DNA from: a virus
Virus record (IMG/VR): IMGVR_UViG_3300013132_006127
Direction: 5' to 3' (one strand)
Length of the DNA: 64,000 bases
Part shown: positions 59,761-64,000 of the stretch, piece by piece
Position numbering within the stretch: the stretch's first letter is position 1
How the letters are laid out: each line of letters starts with the position of its first letter
Translations under genes and position numbers: made by a program
The notes under the pieces: generated by a model
What the model saw: the letters and a program-made list of their open reading frames with translations, nothing else
Database searches by the model: none
Told to the model about the DNA's origin: nothing

Positions 59761-60647
59761 AATGATATAATGTCTTGTTTAAACTTTTCTATATTAAATA
59801 TATCTAATGTGCTGCGTTCTTTAAGATAGTTACTACAATCTGCTATGTATTTTTCATCTAAAAGATAATGATCTGGATCGTGCTTTATATCTTCATAAAA
59901 CAATGGATAGTCTTTTCCTATATACTCAACAACTGCGGGGAGTTTGTTTATTATAATAGGAGTGTGACTAACAATGTATTCTAATAAAGAATTACTCGCA
60001 GCAACATCACCATAATATACAAATCCTATGCCACAAACAAGATTAAAAATGTAATCGGTATTGTTCAAAAAAACATTTTTTATTTCTATATTGTGCGATT
60101 TATTTGACAAATATTTATTTATATAATTCTTGTCCCATTCTTTGTCTGCATATATCTTTTTTTTAATTTTAGTATTTAAATCTGCAAATTTTTCTATATT
60201 CCTACCATGAAATCCGGCTTGGTTCAGAACTGGATCTGCAAAATATTTTTGTATATTAAAACTGGTTTCACATGTTTTTGGATGATAGGTATGAGACACC
60301 GGAATATCAACTAAATTTTGTAAAATATCTGCTGTATATTTAGATAGAGTTAATAGTTTGATGCATTTGTCTTTATTATTTATAAACCAGGAGTGTTGCA
60401 CAAAATTATGTAGAGTTTGGTGATGTGTCCTGTCTGGGTCGCTGGCTACAGCATGAACTATACCTACCCATCTTGAATCAATGTTTGGCTTGTTATTCTC
60501 CCAAAAGCAACTATCTGCAAAAGAGTCTAAAACAATATCTGAGTTAGTATCGACTATATCATTTTTTATGGAGTTCACAATAAATTCCCATCCGTTGTAA
60601 TGGGCGCCGTACAAAGAGTAGGGAATTATAATTTTATTGAATTTCAT
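59757..60647 (-). CDS. GT-B-like glycan-modifying protein
   Basis: HYNGW, WVGIVH, ASNSLLEYI...TPIIINKLPAVVEYIGKDYPLFY. Confidence 0.5.
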   Translation of the reverse strand: MKFNKIIIPYSLYGAHYNGWEFIVNSIKNDIVDTNSDIVLDSFADSCFWENNKPNIDSRWVGIVHAVASDPDRTHHQTLHNFVQHSWFINNKDKCIKLLTLSKYTADILQNLVDIPVSHTYHPKTCETSFNIQKYFADPVLNQAGFHGRNIEKFADLNTKIKKKIYADKEWDKNYINKYLSNKSHNIEIKNVFLNNTDYIFNLVCGIGFVYYGDVAASNSLLEYIVSHTPIIINKLPAVVEYIGKDYPLFYEDIKHDPDHYLLDEKYIADCSNYLKERSTLDIFNIEKFKQDIISL

Positions 60648-60654
60648 ATATTTT

Positions 60655-61386
60655 CTAATTAATATAAGAGTAAGATTCTGCCCATTTGCGCCATTTTAGC
60701 AATTCAGGATACAAATCTTTTTTTTGAAAATATTCATGCATTTCTTTCTCTGCTAGCTGATTATAGTTGCTAAGGTGAGAATTGTCTTTTATGGTGCCGT
60801 GTCCAACATGAATAACAGGCAACCAATCTGCCACAGATATTTTCCATCCATTATTTTCACATATAATTCCAGACATTATATCTTGTACCCAACCATATGA
60901 TGAACGAAATGCTTTAACGGTTTCTATAAATTGTCTTCTAAGTAAGACGCATGTATAGTCAACCCATTTAACATATCTTAGCTCGGTACTATTCCAACAG
61001 TGCATTTGTGGCCAATAAGGTTGTTTCAATTCAGGTTGTATAATACACGAAGATAGCATATGCAAATCCGCATTAAATAGCTGTTTTCTCATTTCTTTTA
61101 TAAAGTTTTTACCTTGTATAATTAAATCAGAATTCAATACTATTAAAGAATCATACCGATGGTCTTTAATAAACAAATTAAAAATATAGTCCAGCCCTCC
61201 TCCGTAATAGAGATTGGTATCTAAACGATATGTGTTGTATTTGCTTTTTTTATCAAGATCGGAGCCGTTGTCAAGAACAATCAAATCATAATCCTCGCCT
61301 TCATACGGTTTCATTAATTCATACAATGTATCAGTGTATTTGGTACTATTATAGTGCAATATCACGGCCAGTGTTTTATGATTCAT
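60655..61386 (-). CDS. Glycosyltransferase family 2
   Basis: VILHYNS, VLDNGSD, VLNSDL. Confidence 0.8.
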   Translation of the reverse strand: MNHKTLAVILHYNSTKYTDTLYELMKPYEGEDYDLIVLDNGSDLDKKSKYNTYRLDTNLYYGGGLDYIFNLFIKDHRYDSLIVLNSDLIIQGKNFIKEMRKQLFNADLHMLSSCIIQPELKQPYWPQMHCWNSTELRYVKWVDYTCVLLRRQFIETVKAFRSSYGWVQDIMSGIICENNGWKISVADWLPVIHVGHGTIKDNSHLSNYNQLAEKEMHEYFQKKDLYPELLKWRKWAESYSYIN

Positions 61387-61399
61387 GTTTTATTAGTAT

Positions 61400-62440
61400 T
61401 TATTTATACTTTTGGGTTGTTCGTTTGATTATTTGTAAATAAGCATATCCATTTTTAACATCCGGTTCGATATGACATCCTTCGGCCCACTCATTCCAAG
61501 CATTTATGCAAAATATCCCGTGATCATGATTTTTATTTGTGTATTCTATAGCATTTTTTAAAGATAATTCAAAAGTCTCTAGACATGAATTTGAAAATAT
61601 GGTATGACATTTTTTATTTTCTGATTTTCTAGCCGTGTTGTCCCACGCAGGAAATGTTGTTTTTATGACAGGATATTCATATTTATTTTCTATTGATTTT
61701 AACATTGTTTTTTTATAGTCACATTGATTATGGTCTATTCTAACTACATTCTGAAAATTTGGTAAAAATTCCATATTCATATCAAAGTTTATATTTTTTG
61801 CATTTGTATAATCGCCAAAGGAATTAATTTTAATTAAATATAAGTCTTTAAAACCATAAGACCTAGATATTTTTCTCCACATAATAGATGTTTTATGAAT
61901 ATCTGGGAACAACCCAGTCCTGTAGACGGCAAATACGGGTTTGTTGTTTATTTTAATATACCTATCGTCTGAAAAAACATTTTCACACAAAAATTTCATG
62001 TGATTAACGTCATCTTCTATATTATGAACTTGTTCTTGGATGTATCCATTCTTGTTTGGATCAACTAATCCATCCCAATTTGTTGTCCAGGGTTCGTTGG
62101 CCCAAATATAAAAAAAGGGAAAGTTTGGTTTTTTAAACTTCAACATATTATCTAATGGGGTTTGAAGAAGTCTCTCGCCATTAAACCAATAATGATAAAA
62201 GGCAAAACCATATATTCCATATGATCGTGCCATTTCCGCTTGTCTTACCAAAACATCTGGATCACTTAAATCATAGTATCCAACAGACTCGTGAGGGACA
62301 TGAGGCTGATAATGACCCTCGAAAGAGGGCTTCGCCTTTTTGACATTGTGCCAATCGGTAAATCCTGCTCCCCAAAATCTTTCATTAATCGGAATAACAT
62401 GATACTGAGGAAAATATATAGCTATTGGCTTAATGTTCAT
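61400..62440 (-). CDS. WbsX-like glycosyltransferase / GH99-like domain protein
   Basis: IAIYFPQYH..P.N..FWG.GFTDW, GYYDL, YHYWF, WANEPW, WDNTAR, NAWNEWAEG..IEPD. Confidence 0.88.
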   Translation of the reverse strand: MNIKPIAIYFPQYHVIPINERFWGAGFTDWHNVKKAKPSFEGHYQPHVPHESVGYYDLSDPDVLVRQAEMARSYGIYGFAFYHYWFNGERLLQTPLDNMLKFKKPNFPFFYIWANEPWTTNWDGLVDPNKNGYIQEQVHNIEDDVNHMKFLCENVFSDDRYIKINNKPVFAVYRTGLFPDIHKTSIMWRKISRSYGFKDLYLIKINSFGDYTNAKNINFDMNMEFLPNFQNVVRIDHNQCDYKKTMLKSIENKYEYPVIKTTFPAWDNTARKSENKKCHTIFSNSCLETFELSLKNAIEYTNKNHDHGIFCINAWNEWAEGCHIEPDVKNGYAYLQIIKRTTQKYK

Positions 62441-62442
62441 AA

Positions 62443-63099
62443 TTATTCGTACTTATTATTTTCTAGTCTAAAATTAATAAAAGGATTAATACTGTGGACA
62501 TTGATACCAAGAGATCTTATTTTTTCACATATTTTTATGGTACTAGAATCTAGTGTTTTTACCCATTTTTTATATTCGTCCCAATTATCCTGCCAGATCT
62601 CTTTGATATCAGTATAATAATCATCAAAATTCATTTTATTATTAAGTAATCCGTGATCCGCCCCCACCAATAATATGTTGCGAGCACCTAAATAATATGC
62701 AAAATGTATACCTGTTGTTACGGTCGAGTGACTAACACATAAATAGCTTTCTTTATCAAAAGCAGATAAGTCTATATCTTCTTTGTTTGGTAAATGATCG
62801 TACACACATAAGTTTTGAATGTTTTTATATTTAGATATATCAATTTCTTCATAATATGCTGCGTGTTTTTTAGATACTAAAATGATTCCCTGGTAATTAT
62901 CTAATGTTTGTTGTAATAAATTATGATCTTTTTTAACTATGTATTTTGTATTGTATTTTTTGTATACCTGGTTAATTCCAACTGTTATTTTGTCATAAAA
63001 AAATGACGGGTCTACATAGTCACAGCTTGGTCCTGATCCTATGACATAAATATCTTTTCCTGTATGTATGTTGTGTAAATCTTTTAAATTGATTGTCAT
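62443..63099 (-). CDS. Maf/DUF115 (MptE-like) glycosyltransferase
   Basis: YVIGSGPS, TVGIN, STVTTGIHFAYYLGARNILLVGAD. Confidence 0.75.
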   Translation of the reverse strand: MTINLKDLHNIHTGKDIYVIGSGPSCDYVDPSFFYDKITVGINQVYKKYNTKYIVKKDHNLLQQTLDNYQGIILVSKKHAAYYEEIDISKYKNIQNLCVYDHLPNKEDIDLSAFDKESYLCVSHSTVTTGIHFAYYLGARNILLVGADHGLLNNKMNFDDYYTDIKEIWQDNWDEYKKWVKTLDSSTIKICEKIRSLGINVHSINPFINFRLENNKYE

Positions 63100-63519
63100 T
63101 TATTCACCCGGCACACCTAGTACGCTCCTTAACAGAAAAATTGCTCTATCAAGAAAAATTCTTTCAGAACCATGATCTGCTTTATTATAATCCGAAAGAA
63201 AATTTTGAATAGTTGTTGTCATTAAAAGGTTTATCTTGTCTATACTATTTAAAGTTTTATCATCAATGAATAAATCATATACTGGTTTGTCGCACCTTAA
63301 TTCATGATACTTGCAATTCCACAAATTTAATTGATTTTTTGTTAAATTATAATAGTCAGCTCCAGAACCAACTCCCCTAGCTGTCCAATAAACAATATGG
63401 TGTCCGTCATCATATAGCTTATTAATTTTTTCTATATATTCCACAATTGGCTCACAATTTTGATAATCATAACCATTAGTTTTAGTTATAGTGTTATCTA
63501 TATCTACATATATTATCAT
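63100..63519 (-). CDS. HAD-family (capsule-biosynthesis-type) phosphatase
   Basis: YVDIDNTI, YWTARG, KP.YDLFIDDK. Confidence 0.85.
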   Translation of the reverse strand: MIIYVDIDNTITKTNGYDYQNCEPIVEYIEKINKLYDDGHHIVYWTARGVGSGADYYNLTKNQLNLWNCKYHELRCDKPVYDLFIDDKTLNSIDKINLLMTTTIQNFLSDYNKADHGSERIFLDRAIFLLRSVLGVPGE

Positions 63520-64000
63520 AATAATTTTTTAATTAACTCCAAATCTTCCATAGTGTCTATTTGAAAACTTCTATAAAATGGCATTTCTACCATTCCTATT
63601 TTGCCACTATATCTTAGTTTAGAATCTAATAAAGATTTTTTTGTTGTTATATAAAACGCCCCATTTTCTACATATTTTGCTGGCATGTCTTGTCTCATTG
63701 GTCTATCATTCATGTTCCAATTGTCTGGAGATTTGTCCATATTCCATCTTGGAATCCAATGTTCTTTATAAACACTGAAAATACTATCATAATCGGCCAT
63801 CATGCTCAAACCTTTATTAATATCTTCTGGCAATAACAATGGAGATGTCGGTTGTATAAAGACAAGTATATCGAAATCAATATTATTTGCAAAATGAATT
63901 AACGCCTCTTCGCTTTTGTTTTTATCACCAGATATTTCCTTTGGTCTGTCTATAACTTTTGCTCCATATTGTTTAGCAACAAAGGCTATGTTCTTACAGT
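63516..64000 (-). CDS. neuA: Acylneuraminate cytidylyltransferase (CMP-nonulosonate synthetase), 5'-truncated
   Basis: The frame is open to the window edge: AKQYGAKVIDRPKEISGD...FIQPTSPLL, RPMRQD, YVENGAFY, SFQIDT.EDL. Confidence 0.88.
   Translation of the reverse strand, partial: CKNIAFVAKQYGAKVIDRPKEISGDKNKSEEALIHFANNIDFDILVFIQPTSPLLLPEDINKGLSMMADYDSIFSVYKEHWIPRWNMDKSPDNWNMNDRPMRQDMPAKYVENGAFYITTKKSLLDSKLRYSGKIGMVEMPFYRSFQIDTMEDLELIKKLL

Noticed and set aside
1-64000. Stop-codon reassignment (alternative genetic code)
   Set aside because: Genes tile the window almost completely under code 11, and TAA, TAG and TGA all end conserved genes at the expected positions.
1-64000. Eukaryotic giant virus origin (RCC1 repeats, many glycosyltransferases)
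   Set aside because: DnaE, DnaB, DnaG, SSB, RecA, PhoH, SD sequences, sigma70 promoters and overlapping operons indicate a bacteriophage.

Overview
This is a densely packed, AT-rich segment of what appears to be a large tailed dsDNA bacteriophage genome, read with the standard genetic code. No tRNA, rRNA, CRISPR array or transposase was seen. (1) 1-25474 (+): a putative virion/tail module of very large proteins. These include FGE-type (C-type-lectin-fold) domains, long Thr/Pro mucin-like linkers, FN3, a complete 7-repeat RCC1 propeller and several 600-2300 aa proteins of unknown function. (2) 25471-54775 (-): a replication, recombination and nucleotide operon headed by a near-consensus leaderless sigma70 promoter. 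It encodes dCMP deaminase, class II RNR, PhoH, an HNH nuclease, RecA, DnaB, DnaG, dNMP kinase, a Cas4-like nuclease and DnaE. SSB follows under its own promoter, then a cassette of two intact GT4 enzymes and several decayed glyco-enzymes. (3) 54822-64000 (-): a glycan-biosynthesis island with a NeuA-type CMP-nonulosonate synthetase, a Maf/DUF115 transferase, a WbsX-like protein, GT2, GT4, a sulfotransferase-like protein and an NTase-fold protein. The most notable observations are: DnaE split into two intein-free genes, with a proofreading exonuclease, an RCC1 protein and a missed 59-aa gene between the halves; a candidate self-glycosylated 'mucin-coated' virion system; a pseudo-enzyme glycosylation cassette behind ssb; and a start-less HNH remnant in frame behind the kinase stop codon. 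All functional calls come from motif recognition by eye; no searches were run.
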